A stretch of DNA of 64,000 bases. Origin: an uncultured Gemmatimonadales bacterium. Lineage in GTDB: Bacteria > Gemmatimonadota > Gemmatimonadetes > Gemmatimonadales > GWC2-71-9. The stretch lies in assembly GCA_963722825.1 (NCBI GenBank), contig CAVROI010000001.1, forward strand, positions 1,381,370 through 1,445,369, given 5' to 3'. Position numbers and translations under genes: made by a program. The notes beneath the pieces are model-generated. The model was not told the origin of the DNA, searched no databases, and worked only from the letters and a program-made list of their open reading frames with translations. Numbering within the stretch: position 1 is the first letter of the stretch; each line of letters opens with the position of its first letter. Below are positions 43,542-54,057 of this stretch, one piece after another.

Positions 43542-43808
43542 GCTACCGCGACGTGATTTCCGCTGAGGTTTGCTCGTCGGGGGACGACGGGTCCGCTGAT
43601 CTCGAATGATGCCAGCGAGGGCCCGGAGCGCCTCGTTGACGGACGAGGCGTCGGGGAAGACCTCGGCCACGTCGGGTTCCAAGACGACGATGTGGCCGCC
43701 CGCCATTCGGGCGGCGTAGGGGTTGCGGCGGCCTCCGCCGAAGTCGTACTCAGGGAGGATATCGTCAGGATCGGTGGGTGAGACCGGTTTAGCGCTGGCC
43801 TTCTTCAT
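43536..43808 (-). CDS. BrnA-like antitoxin
   Basis: PEYDF..G.RNPY, LEPDVAEVF...VNEALR. Confidence 0.75.
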   Translation of the reverse strand: MKKASAKPVSPTDPDDILPEYDFGGGRRNPYAARMAGGHIVVLEPDVAEVFPDASSVNEALRALAGIIRDQRTRRPPTSKPQRKSRRGSA

Positions 43809-44073
43809 ACGTTTGGCGCTCACGGGGAGTCGCAGTCCGGGCGCTGATTAGTCGTATGCGGTCACCGCGCTCGGTGAACATGACCGCAAGGAGGCGGTTC
43901 CTCTGGGAGTAGGCCAAAAGCACCTGGCGAAGCTCGTCCGCTGAATGGCGCGGATCATCCGCCACAAGGCCGAACGGGTCCCCGAAAGCCGTGGCGGCCT
44001 CGTCGAAGCTGACCCCGTGCCTCCGTTCATTTGCGGCAGCCTTCTCGGGGTCCCATTCGAAGGCGAAAGCCAT
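43789..44073 (-). CDS. BrnT family toxin
   Basis: FEWDPEKAAANERRHGVSF, RLISAR. Confidence 0.9.
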   Translation of the reverse strand: MAFAFEWDPEKAAANERRHGVSFDEAATAFGDPFGLVADDPRHSADELRQVLLAYSQRNRLLAVMFTERGDRIRLISARTATPRERQTYEEGQR

Positions 44074-44110
44074 GTCCAAAACTACGTGTTTCGAGATCCG
44101 TTGGGTATGC

Positions 44111-44248
44111 GCCTAACGACTGGCGCATCAGCTGCAAGCGGCAAGCTTCCCGCCCGCACAATCACTTCGTTCCACCACCGACATCGGCACTCGTCGCCCA
44201 AACGGAGCTTCCGTGGACGCGCTTGTCGGCTGCATGCGCGGGTTATGC
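44111..44248 (-). repeat. attC site
   Basis: GCCTAAC...GTTATGC. Confidence 0.9.
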
Positions 44249-44268
44249 CGCAGTCCTGCGCCGATACG

Positions 44269-44559
44269 TCACCTTCGTCGTTGCCACCGGCGGGAGTGTC
44301 GCTTGAGGTGGGTGCAGGCAATCACCCGCACCTCGCTCGGCAGCAGCCGGAAGTAGAGCGCATAGGGGAAGCGACCCAATAAACACCGCCGGACATCACG
44401 GTGTACGACCGGAAAGGCCGTTGGACTGCGCTCAATGAGAGTAAGGTTGACCGCGAGCGTGTCCCGAAACGCGGCGGCAATTTCCGGACTCCGCTCTCGG
44501 TACCAGGCATCCGCCTGCGTGATGTCCCGGGCGGCGGCCGGACGGATCGTGGGGGTCAG
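44269..44559 (-). CDS. RelE/ParE family toxin with CTG start (absent from the ORF track)
   Basis: Manual translation LTPTIRPAAARDITQADAWY...RFPYALYF...VIACTHLKR, 96 aa. Confidence 0.8.
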   Translation of the reverse strand: MTPTIRPAAARDITQADAWYRERSPEIAAAFRDTLAVNLTLIERSPTAFPVVHRDVRRCLLGRFPYALYFRLLPSEVRVIACTHLKRHSRRWQRRR

Positions 44560-44783
44560 CCGGCCTGTCCACCTTCAAGCTTGCGGCGCAGCTCCGACCA
44601 CGAGACTCCGGGGGCGGGATCTGCGTCGTCCTCGGTGACGCGGCGATCGAGTTCGGCGCGTTCCTCGTCAGATAGAGGGAACAATTCCGCCTGGCCCTCG
44701 AGGCTATCCCAGAGTTCGGCAATAGCCTGGAGCCGCTCAGAGGGCGGCAGACGCAGGAGCTCGTCGAGATGCGGATTGGTCAT
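44556..44783 (-). CDS. Addiction-module antitoxin component
   Basis: LPPSERLQAIAELWDSL...ELDRR. Confidence 0.85.
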   Translation of the reverse strand: MTNPHLDELLRLPPSERLQAIAELWDSLEGQAELFPLSDEERAELDRRVTEDDADPAPGVSWSELRRKLEGGQAG

Positions 44784-44838
44784 GCTCGGAACCTGCCTCC
44801 CAGTAATACCGGGCGCAAGCGGCATCTTTCCGACTGCG

Positions 44839-44965
44839 GCATAACGGATGGCAAGTCAGCTGCAAGCGACTTGTGACAACCTACGTTCCTTAGCGTGCCA
44901 CCGGTGCCTCGCCAATCAAGGAGCGTGGGCGCTTCGCGCTTGTCGGCTGCATTTGCGGGTTAGAC
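44839..44965 (-). repeat. attC site
   Basis: GCATAAC...GTTAGAC. Confidence 0.85.
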
Positions 44966-44984
44966 AGCACGCCGGGCCCGGGAC

Positions 44985-45218
44985 TCACCCGGGTTGTCGG
45001 CCCCAAGCGATGGTAGCCAAGAGCGGCGGGCCGATAAGAACCGCTCCGATCACCGCCCGCGCCCTCCAGGAGATGTGCAGCAGGTCCAGGCTTACCCCGC
45101 CCTGATACCGCGTTACGACGAGACCGAGCGTGAGCAGTAGGATCATGGTCACCAGCAACCATGGCCATGTGCACCAGATGAAAAGCACCCGACGGATAGC
45201 CCATCTACGGTTTGTCAT
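44985..45218 (-). CDS. Small membrane protein
   Basis: Two TM helices; fills the cassette. Confidence 0.55.
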   Translation of the reverse strand: MTNRRWAIRRVLFIWCTWPWLLVTMILLLTLGLVVTRYQGGVSLDLLHISWRARAVIGAVLIGPPLLATIAWGRQPG

Positions 45219-45255
45219 GTCCGCTCCGCGCCACGGGCGGGGTGGATGGCGTGCT

Positions 45256-45398
45256 GTCTAACGACTGGCGCATCAGCTGCAGGCGATCATCCTTACGCCC
45301 ACACAAATCAACGTTTCCACTCCTCGGCCCCAAGGAGGTTGACGCCCGGGCGGAGCGCCGGCCCACCCCCGCCTGTCGGCTGCATGCGCGGGTTAGAC
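45256..45398 (-). repeat. attC site
   Basis: GTCTAAC...GTTAGAC. Confidence 0.9.
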
Positions 45399-45430
45399 GG
45401 CACCCGCGCATCGACCTTGGATCCAGGCTC

Positions 45431-45805
45431 TCAGCGGAGCCGAGATGTGAGCAGGACGCCCGCTCCTAGCCCGAGCGCGAAGGCTCCGGCCAGCCGTGGC
45501 AGCTCATTGTACCGGATAAAGCGCGTGCCGCGAGGACCGATCTCTAGGGCCCCGATCGGAGTGAGTCGAGCCCCACCGCCACCCCCGCTACCTTGGGCTT
45601 CCGCCCTAGCGGGTTCGGCGCTCGAGCTGGCCTTCGAACGAGGCGCCGGTCGACGGCCGCTCCCGGCCCCGAAGCCGTACGCGACCTTGGCGACTGGAAT
45701 GACGGTGGTGTCGCCGTGGCGCACCGGCTCGGCATAGACGTGGCGAACACTGAGGTTACGCTCGAAGACCCCAGCAATGGGTTCGAAAGGGGTCGTGGCT
45801 GACAT
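45431..45805 (-). CDS. GerW/YtfJ family protein
   Basis: TVIPVAKVAYGFGAG...GGGGG..P.GALEI. Confidence 0.8.
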   Translation of the reverse strand: MSATTPFEPIAGVFERNLSVRHVYAEPVRHGDTTVIPVAKVAYGFGAGSGRRPAPRSKASSSAEPARAEAQGSGGGGGARLTPIGALEIGPRGTRFIRYNELPRLAGAFALGLGAGVLLTSRLR

Positions 45806-45882
45806 CTGAAACTCCTGCAGAGGATTCGTGCAAGCTGGCAGGACATCAGTCGAGTAGCTAGGTCTGGTGTCCGTCTTGTATC

Positions 45883-47001
<1,119 letters not shown>

Positions 47002-47016
47002 CTTTCAAGACAGTTG

Positions 47017-47143
47017 CTAACGACTTGCGCATCAGCTGCAAGCGACTCGCCCGTTCTGCACTACCCTATGTTCCATTGAGCCGCCACCGGAGTTCCGCCT
47101 TCTACTGAACTCGGTGCTTGTCGGCTGCATGCGCGGGTTATAC
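47017..47143 (-). repeat. attC site (R' abutting IS110)
   Basis: CTAACGACTTG...GTTATAC. Confidence 0.85.
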
Positions 47144-47151
47144 GCCAGGTG

Positions 47152-48457
47152 GGTACGGAGCGGAGAGACCACTGGCAAAATAGACCGGAGACATGGTTGA
47201 CACTCCGCTGCAGGTTCACGGGCACCAGGAGGTGCCCCATGCCGTGGAGCACGACGTCAGCTATGACTCAGCGCCTATTCTTCATCCGTGATTTCGAGCT
47301 CGGGGTCTTCTCCTTCTCCGCGCTCTGTGCCCGCTACGGGGTCAGCCGGGAAACCGGCTACGCCGTCCTTGCTCGCTACCGCCGTGAAGGCCGAGCTCGC
47401 CTCGAGGCCCACTCACGTCGGCCTCATCGCTCGCCGCGTCAGACGCCCAGTGCCGTCATCGACCAGCTGGCTGAGGCCCGCCAGCGCCATCCCACGTGGG
47501 GGCCGAAGAAGCTCCTCTGGTTGGTCCGGAAGCGAGCTCCCACCCTGCCGTGGCCCGCGCCGAGCACCGTCGGGCTCTGGCTCCTGCGCCGGGGCTTGAT
47601 CCGCGGGCGTCGCCGTCTGCTGACGCATCCCGGCCGCCCCCGCACGATGGCTCATGAGCCCAATGCGCTCTGGACTCTCGACTTCAAGGGCCAGTTCCGC
47701 ACCCGCGATGGCACCTATTGTTATCCGCTCACGGTGGCCGACGACTACAGCCGGTACCTCCTCGGTTGCCAAGCGCTCCTCCAGCCCACCCGGGCTCTGG
47801 TGCGGCCGGTCCTCACGCGCCTCTTTCAGGAATACGGACTGCCCGAGCGGATTCGCACCGACAATGGGGCGCCCTTTGCCAGCTGTGCGCTCGCGCGGCT
47901 CTCGCAGCTCAGCGTGTGGTTCCTCCAGTGCGGCATCCACCCCGAACTCATTGAGCCCGGCCACCCCGAGCAGAATCCCCGGCACGAGCGCATGCATCGC
48001 ACCCTCAAGGCCGCCACCACCCGGCCGCCCGCGGCCGATTCCCGCGCCCAGCAGCGGTGCTTCAACACCTTCCGCGAGGAGTTCAATGCGGAGCGCCCGC
48101 ACGAGAGCCTGGATGCAGCCCCCCGCGATGCGGTACCGACCCTCGCCCCGCCCCTACCGCGGGCCGGTCGAGCCGCTCAACTACCCCGGCCACTTCGAGC
48201 TGCGGAAAGTCAGTCGCACCGGCGGCGTCCGCTGGCAGAGGGCCTGGGTCAACGTCAGCCATGTCCTGGCTGAGGAAACCGTCGGCTTCGAGGCCGTCGC
48301 CGACGGCCTGTGGGACGTGTACTATCGGAGGGTGAAGCTCGGTCGCTTCTCGGAGCGCACCGGGCGCATCGAAGATGATCGCGGCCGGCTCACGCGCCGC
48401 CGGAGACTGTCAACTATGTCTCCGGTCTAATCTGTCAGGGATCTCTCCGACCGCTCA
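47152..48457 (+). mobile_element. IS481-family-like element
   Basis: ~50-bp imperfect IRs (TAGACCGGAGACAT.GTTGACA) around an rve-type transposase. Confidence 0.85.
47239..48430 (+). pseudogene. IS481-like transposase, frameshift near 48110
   Basis: WTLDFKG, DNGAPF, HERMHRTLK, ERPHESL; C-terminus in another frame. Confidence 0.8.
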
Positions 48458-48462
48458 GTGCC

Positions 48463-48897
48463 TTAGCCGAGCTGCTCGGCAAGCGCGACGATGATGCCCT
48501 CGGGCCCGCGGATGTATGCTAGCCGGTACGTGTCCTCGTACTGCATTTCGCCTATGAGCTCAGCCCCGTGGGCTCGCATGCGCGCCACGAGGGCATTGAT
48601 GTCATCGACAGCGAACATCACGCGACGGATGCCCAGCGTGTTGACCGGCGCGTTCATGGGCCCGAACCGGATCGCGTCGGGCGTGTGGAACTTATCCAGC
48701 TCTATGCCCTGGCCGTCGGGAGTCCGCATCATCGCAAGGGTGGCCCGGACATCCTTGAGCCCGATCAGGCTACCGACCGACGGCCCTTCGACGGTCGTCT
48801 CGCCTTCGAACCTGAGGCCCAGTTCGATGAAGAACGCCTTGACGGCTTCGAGGTCGTCGACAACGATGAGGACGTTGTCCATCCGTTTAAGCGCCAT
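48463..48897 (-). CDS. VOC/glyoxalase family protein
   Basis: RMDNVLIVVDDL...YIRGPEGI. Confidence 0.9.
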   Translation of the reverse strand: MALKRMDNVLIVVDDLEAVKAFFIELGLRFEGETTVEGPSVGSLIGLKDVRATLAMMRTPDGQGIELDKFHTPDAIRFGPMNAPVNTLGIRRVMFAVDDINALVARMRAHGAELIGEMQYEDTYRLAYIRGPEGIIVALAEQLG

Positions 48898-48948
48898 ATC
48901 CTTCGCTCCCTTGCCTCACTGCTGATGGCCGTACGCACCGCACCTGGC

Positions 48949-49084
48949 GTATAACGACTGGCGCATCAGCCGCAAGCGACTCGTCCGCCCTGCACGACTC
49001 TACGTTCCGCCTCCCGCCACCGGCGGGTGGTGGGCACCGACATTCCGCCCAGAGGCGCTTGTCGGCTGCATGCGCTTGTTAGGC
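48949..49084 (-). repeat. attC site
   Basis: GTATAAC...GTTAGGC. Confidence 0.9.
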
Positions 49085-49099
49085 CGCATACCTGCCGCT

Positions 49100-49312
49100 C
49101 TAGAGATCGTTCGGGGTAAGGCCGGTGTGCTTCGCGATGCGGGCCAGCATCCTCGGGCCGATCTCCTCGTCGTCATGAAAGCTGAAGGCGACGTCGGGCC
49201 AACCGGATCGGGACAGCGTACGGTGGGAGCCAGATTGGCGCTTGATGGTCCAGCCGAGACGGAGGAGCGCCGCGAGCACGCGACGTGCCTTCGCCGCGCC
49301 CCAACTGCTCAC
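49100..49312 (-). CDS. hicA: HicA toxin
   Basis: GWTIKRQSGSH...FHDDEEIG. Confidence 0.9.
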   Translation of the reverse strand: MSSWGAAKARRVLAALLRLGWTIKRQSGSHRTLSRSGWPDVAFSFHDDEEIGPRMLARIAKHTGLTPNDL

Positions 49313-49515
49313 GCCGCTTGAAAGCTGACTGAAAGGAACTCGGGAACGGCCTCACCATGCTCCAGGCGCTCGGCAAGGACCCGGAGTGCCAACGCCTGCA
49401 CCTTGGCGACAGCATCGGTGCGGGTCACCCCGTATGTGAGAACCCCAGGCAGCGTGGACACTTCCGCCATCCACCGGCCGTCCGCTTCTTGCTCGAGCTC
49501 AATCTGGAAGTTCAT
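49309..49515 (-). CDS. hicB: HicB antitoxin
   Basis: EQEADGRW.AEV..LPGV..YG. Confidence 0.9.
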   Translation of the reverse strand: MNFQIELEQEADGRWMAEVSTLPGVLTYGVTRTDAVAKVQALALRVLAERLEHGEAVPEFLSVSFQAA

Positions 49516-49562
49516 GGGGCCTCCTGAGGGCTTCCCTAATCTACCATCTGAGTGTGGATGCG

Positions 49563-49692
49563 GCCTAACGAATGGCTGATCAGCTGCAAACGACCCGGTG
49601 AAAACCTACGGTCCTTTGTTGCCCCTGGGAGCGTCGGACGCGGGCGTCGGGCGGCGCCGCCCGCGTTTGTCGGCTGCATTAGCGGGTTAGGC
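49563..49692 (-). repeat. attC site (divergent interior)
   Basis: GCCTAAC...GTTAGGC. Confidence 0.85.
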
Positions 49693-49953
49693 CGCGGGAT
49701 GGGCATCCGCTAGGTCACCGCCAGGGCCACTCCGAGGGGACGGCCTCTAGCTACTCTAGGCCCGCCTGCGCAAGAGACGCCCTTCTGGGCATCCTGCCGC
49801 GCAGCGTGGGATTGGAGTATCCATGCGCCCCCTGCTAGCCCGCTGTCTTGCGTTCCTGATCTGGTTGTTCACTCCCCCCGCGACCTTCCTGGCCGAGTGG
49901 CTCGAGCGCCGCCGCCGCAAACGCCCCTAGGACCTGGGTTGGGCGGGGCGTCG

Positions 49954-50095
49954 GCCTAACGACCGGCGCATCAGCTGCAGGCGCGAAGCTTCCGCGCCCG
50001 CACAATAGTGACGTTCCCTGCCTCGCCATCGGGAGCTTGCGCCCGTACGGAGTGCCGGCCTGACCCGGCCTGTCGGCTGCATGCGCGGGTTAGGC
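49954..50095 (-). repeat. attC site
   Basis: GCCTAAC...GTTAGGC. Confidence 0.9.
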
Positions 50096-50096
50096 C

Positions 50097-50393
50097 TCAG
50101 CGACGCGATTGCCAGCGCCGCGGATGCCGTCGGGTATGAACGATTGCGATAACCGATATTTGCTCGGGCTCCGCAACATAGTACACGGCATAAGGGAAGC
50201 GACGGACCAGGGCCCGGCGGATGTCATGCCGCACGCGCATGAATTGCTCCGGAGCCCGGTGGATGGTGGCGAAGGAAGCTCGGATCGCTCGCATGAACTC
50301 GTTACCCAGCCCGGGTGCCCGTTCCTCATACCAAGCGAACGCCTCTTCCAACTCGGCCTCGGCCTCGGGCTCGACAAGAAAGCGCGGCCTCAT
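50097..50393 (-). CDS. RelE/ParE family toxin
   Basis: AEAELEEAFAWY, RFPYAVYY, HTRRHP. Confidence 0.9.
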   Translation of the reverse strand: MRPRFLVEPEAEAELEEAFAWYEERAPGLGNEFMRAIRASFATIHRAPEQFMRVRHDIRRALVRRFPYAVYYVAEPEQISVIAIVHTRRHPRRWQSRR

Positions 50394-50605
50394 CGGCCGC
50401 GCTGCTCAATGTCTCGGAGAACGTCATCGGCCGGGCGCCCGCGGCCGGGGTCCGTCCGATGGCGTTCGAGTCGATGATCCAGTTCGGTACCCAGCTCTTC
50501 GGTCAGCGGCAAGTCCGATGGTGACAGGCTATCCCACAGCTCCTCAGCGAGTTGAATCCGCTCTTCGGGGCTCAAATGAGAGAAGTCAAAGATGGGAGAA
50601 CTCAT
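50390..50605 (-). CDS. Addiction-module antitoxin component
   Basis: LSPEERIQLAEELWDSL. Confidence 0.85.
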   Translation of the reverse strand: MSSPIFDFSHLSPEERIQLAEELWDSLSPSDLPLTEELGTELDHRLERHRTDPGRGRPADDVLRDIEQRGR

Positions 50606-50680
50606 GATAAGGAATTTGGGCCTCTCAAGGCACTTCGGCAAGCCGAAGTTCGTTCGTTTGACCGAATTCGGGTGCTGAGG

Positions 50681-50818
50681 CCCTAACGACCTGCGCATCA
50701 GCTACAAGCGACTCGGTCGCTCATGCATCAAGCTTACGTTCCGCCGCGCACCTTCGGCGGGTGGCGGTCCAAGGAACTCGGCCCAGTGGCGCTTGTCGGC
50801 TGCATGCGCTTGTTAGAC
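50681..50818 (-). repeat. attC site
   Basis: CCCTAAC...GTTAGAC. Confidence 0.85.
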
Positions 50819-50830
50819 TGCCCCGCGCGA

Positions 50831-51061
50831 TCAGCGAAACAGATGGCCTAGCACACGCTTGAATTCTGCCTTGCGAGTCTCCGGAGTTCCGCCTTCTATC
50901 CCTTTGCAGCGGTGAGCGGCATGGGCGTCCCAACCCTCAGGCCACATCTCGAACTCCTTGTCCATACAAGCAGGACAGAGCACGCGCTTGTGCGCTACGT
51001 CGGCCGCCATTAGGACGGCAGCGTTCAGGATGATTCCCTTGGAACTGAGCTGCGGCCTCAT
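50831..51061 (-). CDS. Small Cys/His-containing hypothetical protein
   Basis: CPAC...WPEGWDAHAAHRC; paralog at 61495..61725. Confidence 0.7.
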   Translation of the reverse strand: MRPQLSSKGIILNAAVLMAADVAHKRVLCPACMDKEFEMWPEGWDAHAAHRCKGIEGGTPETRKAEFKRVLGHLFR

Positions 51062-51071
51062 CGAGACTCCA

Positions 51072-51308
51072 TCATCTCATCACGAGGAACAATATGCAGC
51101 CCGAGATCCCAGCCACGAACCCGATGAGTAGTCCACAACCCATAGTCGTCCGGTTGTAGACGCGGTTGTAGGCAGCCTTCCTGGGATTCGTCAGCCAGCC
51201 CCAACCGCGCGGAGCTTTCAGCCCAAGATTGTGCCGCACAACGCGCTTCCAGGAAGTCCGAGCGGCGATGCGCTTCTTGAGAGAGGGTATTCGAAAGCCA
51301 AGTTTCAA
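51072..51308 (-). CDS. Basic hypothetical protein with C-terminal TM helix
   Basis: GFRIPSLKKRIAARTS...GWGWLTNPRKAAYNRVYNRTT. Confidence 0.7.
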   Translation of the reverse strand: MKLGFRIPSLKKRIAARTSWKRVVRHNLGLKAPRGWGWLTNPRKAAYNRVYNRTTMGCGLLIGFVAGISGCILFLVMR

Positions 51309-51327
51309 GTGTGACTGCGTCGGGGCT

Positions 51328-51465
51328 GTCTAACGACTGGCGCATCAGCTGCAAGCGGCAAGCTTCCCGCCCGCACAATCACTCAGTTCCATTTCGTTCA
51401 TCGGCACTCGCCGCCCGTGCGGAGCTCACTTGAACGCGCTTGTCGGCTGCATGCGCTGGTTAGGC
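51328..51465 (-). repeat. attC site
   Basis: GTCTAAC...GTTAGGC. Confidence 0.9.
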
Positions 51466-51483
51466 GGCGTGCCGTTCTTGCTC

Positions 51484-52182
51484 TCAGCCTGCGGTGGTAC
51501 CGAACAGAGCGCCAACGGCAGCGGTAAGGCCCATGGCGAGGGCCCCCCAAAAAACCACCCGAACCGTCCCGACCAACGGGCGCGCGCCGCCCGTGCGGGC
51601 GGCGAGCCATCCCAGACCCCCCAAGCAAACGAGCGACGCCACGGCCACCGCCGGCACGAGTCGGGAGTCAGGCACCAAGAGCACGACGACCAAAGGGAGC
51701 GCCGCGCCCACGGCGAACGTGAGAGCCGAGGTAAGGCCCGCCTGAGCCGGGCGCGCGCGCAGGACGGCGGAGATGCCCAATTCGTCCCGGGCATGCGCCG
51801 CGAGGGCGTCGTGGGCCATGAGCTCCACGGCCACCTGATGGGCCAGAGCGGGCGACAATCCACGCCGGATGTAAATCGTTGCCAACTCCTCTAGCTCAGC
51901 CGGACCGCTCGCGGCCAGTTCCCCACGCTCCCGCTCCAGATCGGCGCGCTCGGTGTCGGCCTGAGAACTGACCGAGACGTACTCGCCAGCGGCCATGGAC
52001 ATGGCACCAGCCACGAGTCCAGCGAGACCGGCCACGAGAACAGCAGGCCGACTCGCCTCGGCGGCCGCGACGCCGAGCACCAGACTCGCCGTGGAAACGA
52101 TCCCATCGTTGGCCCCGAGGACCGCGGCTCGCAGCCAGCCAATGCGCTCGGAACGATGGTGCTCTAGATGTCGCGAACGCAT
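51484..52182 (-). CDS. VIT1/CCC1 family iron/manganese transporter
   Basis: WLRAAVLGANDGIVS, SMAAGEYVSV. Confidence 0.95.
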   Translation of the reverse strand: MRSRHLEHHRSERIGWLRAAVLGANDGIVSTASLVLGVAAAEASRPAVLVAGLAGLVAGAMSMAAGEYVSVSSQADTERADLERERGELAASGPAELEELATIYIRRGLSPALAHQVAVELMAHDALAAHARDELGISAVLRARPAQAGLTSALTFAVGAALPLVVVLLVPDSRLVPAVAVASLVCLGGLGWLAARTGGARPLVGTVRVVFWGALAMGLTAAVGALFGTTAG

Positions 52183-52216
52183 AAGGTCCGCCGGTATTGG
52201 GGAGGACATCACGACC

Positions 52217-52355
52217 GCCTAACGACCTGCAAATCAGCTGCAGGCGATCCTGTCTGTCTGCGCACCAACCTACGCTCCACTGATCGCCACCGGCGATCAG
52301 TGGCCGCAGGGAACCCCGCCCGGTTTGGCCTGCCAGCTGCATTTGCCTGTTAGGC
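52217..52355 (-). repeat. attC site
   Basis: GCCTAAC...GTTAGGC; identical to 60995..61133. Confidence 0.9.
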
Positions 52356-52567
52356 AGCTCGCTCGCAGCGGCACTGCTCGCCCCACCCACCAAGGACCTA
52401 GGAGCGCCTGGCGCCCTCAAAGAGCTCCCCGCGGCGCGGGTGCCCGACCGACGGGTCCATGACGGTTTGGAGCCTCGCGCCCACACAGGGTGCGCCGCTG
52501 CTCGGAGCCGCGGGCGCCTCGAGGAGCCCACCTTCGAATCAGTTCCTCAACTCTTGCCCGCGAGACT
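52356..52567. other. ORF-less cassette A, copy 1
   Basis: No self-contained credible ORF; near-identical copy at 61134..61345. Confidence 0.7.
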
Positions 52568-52707
52568 GCCTAACGACTTGCGCATCAGCTGCAGGCGATC
52601 ATGCCCGCGCCCGCACAAATCTACGTGCCACTGATCGCCATCGGCGACCAGGGCCCGAGCGGAGCTCGGGATCGGTCCGGCCTGTCGGCTGCATGCGCTG
52701 GTTAGGC
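52568..52707 (-). repeat. attC site
   Basis: GCCTAAC...GTTAGGC. Confidence 0.9.
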
Positions 52708-52709
52708 AG

Positions 52710-53171
52710 CTACTTGCGCAGCTGCCCGAACATGCGGCTCGTCTCGACAACGTAGACCAGATAGTGCCAGATGGTAGGCAGTGGATTCTCTAGATTGGGA
52801 ACGGCACGGCCGTCATCCTCGACCACGTACACCGTATCCTCGCGTCGATGTACTACGACATCCGCATGCTCCAGGTCGAACCCGACCCGGACAAAGTCAG
52901 CGTCACGCGCCCAGGCGCTCATCTCCTCGGATGCAACACTCATGGCGTTGCTCTCAACTACGCGGTACTCGTCGAAGAACTGGCGCAGGACTGGGGGCAG
53001 ACCGTCGACCGGAGAAACTCCCACTGGGGCATGCTCCGCCCGCAGCGTATCGCCGGAAGCCAGGAAGCCCTTGACCTCATCGCGCGCCGCGTCCGTCGAG
53101 AGTGCTACGACTCGCGACTCAGTAGCGGCAAGTCGGTTCCCCACAGCTTGGTTTGGATCCCCGAACGGCAC
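52710..53171 (-). CDS. Hypothetical protein, possibly SMI1/KNR4-like
   Basis: LPPVLRQFF..Y...RVG.D...VY. Confidence 0.5.
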   Translation of the reverse strand: MPFGDPNQAVGNRLAATESRVVALSTDAARDEVKGFLASGDTLRAEHAPVGVSPVDGLPPVLRQFFDEYRVVESNAMSVASEEMSAWARDADFVRVGFDLEHADVVVHRREDTVYVVEDDGRAVPNLENPLPTIWHYLVYVVETSRMFGQLRK

Positions 53172-53225
53172 TTCAGCAATTTCTCAAGAACGGACACGAC
53201 TACCCCATTCGATGGTTGAGTAGCT

Positions 53226-53362
53226 GCCTAACAGTGCGCATCAGCTGCAAGCGGTAAGCTTCGCGCCCGCACAATCACTTCGTTCCCTTGCCATCAGCGG
53301 CACCTCCTGCCTGGAGCGGGGCTTACTCAGAGGCGCTTGTCGGCTGCATGCGCTGGTTAGGC
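53226..53362 (-). repeat. attC site
   Basis: GCCTAAC...GTTAGGC. Confidence 0.9.
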
Positions 53363-53415
53363 AGCTGCCTGTGTGGAACTCCGCCAGCAGGGGCCCGGAT
53401 GCCTGGCGATGAGCG

Positions 53416-53817
53416 CTAGTCGCCTCCGGCCTCCAGGGTACGCTTAATGGCTGCCAGTCCTTGATCCATCATGGCAGCGATCGCGGGGGCCAATTCGTGC
53501 GGCAGCAGGTCCGCGATCCACACGAACCGGCTGCCACCCTCGCCGTTCGTAAACACTTGAGCGGAAGCATTGTGGTGCGTCATGCGGCCGCCAACCACGG
53601 ACCAGACGAGTCGCCGCGCGTCGTCGTCGATATCGACAATCAATTCGCGCGCGACAAGCCCGTTGCCGAAGGTTACAACCCGAGATCCTTCCTCGAGCTG
53701 GACATCCGTGACGAATCCTGGCGCCAGGCGCTGATGGAGAGCGCCAACGTCCCGAAGCGCGTCCCAGACGGACGCGGGATCTGCTCGGATCTGCACCTCG
53801 CGATTAATGGAGGCCAT
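53416..53817 (-). CDS. SRPBCC/polyketide cyclase family protein
   Basis: VWDALRDVGALH, RVVTF, HHNASAQV. Confidence 0.85.
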   Translation of the reverse strand: MASINREVQIRADPASVWDALRDVGALHQRLAPGFVTDVQLEEGSRVVTFGNGLVARELIVDIDDDARRLVWSVVGGRMTHHNASAQVFTNGEGGSRFVWIADLLPHELAPAIAAMMDQGLAAIKRTLEAGGD

Positions 53818-53897
53818 GACTCGGTTGCACTCCAGGTTCTTAACATGCTCCTTAGGCGACCATCCGACGGTCGCATCGAGAAGGGCTCGGTGGAGCG

Positions 53898-54036
53898 GCC
53901 TAACGACCGGCGCATCAGCTGCAAGCGGCAAGATTCCCGCCTGCACAATCACTACGTTCCATTGCCTTCACCGGAACTTGCTGCCCGAGCGGCGCTGCAC
54001 TCGGACGCGCTTGTCGGCTGCATGCGCGGGTTAGGC
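53898..54036 (-). repeat. attC site
   Basis: GCCTAAC...GTTAGGC. Confidence 0.9.
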
Positions 54037-54057
54037 CGAACTTGCCTGCGGGCCCAA

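Noticed and set aside
48090..48130. Programmed frameshift in the IS481-like transposase
   Set aside because: No slippery A-run; the break falls after the catalytic core, so mutation or sequencing error is more likely
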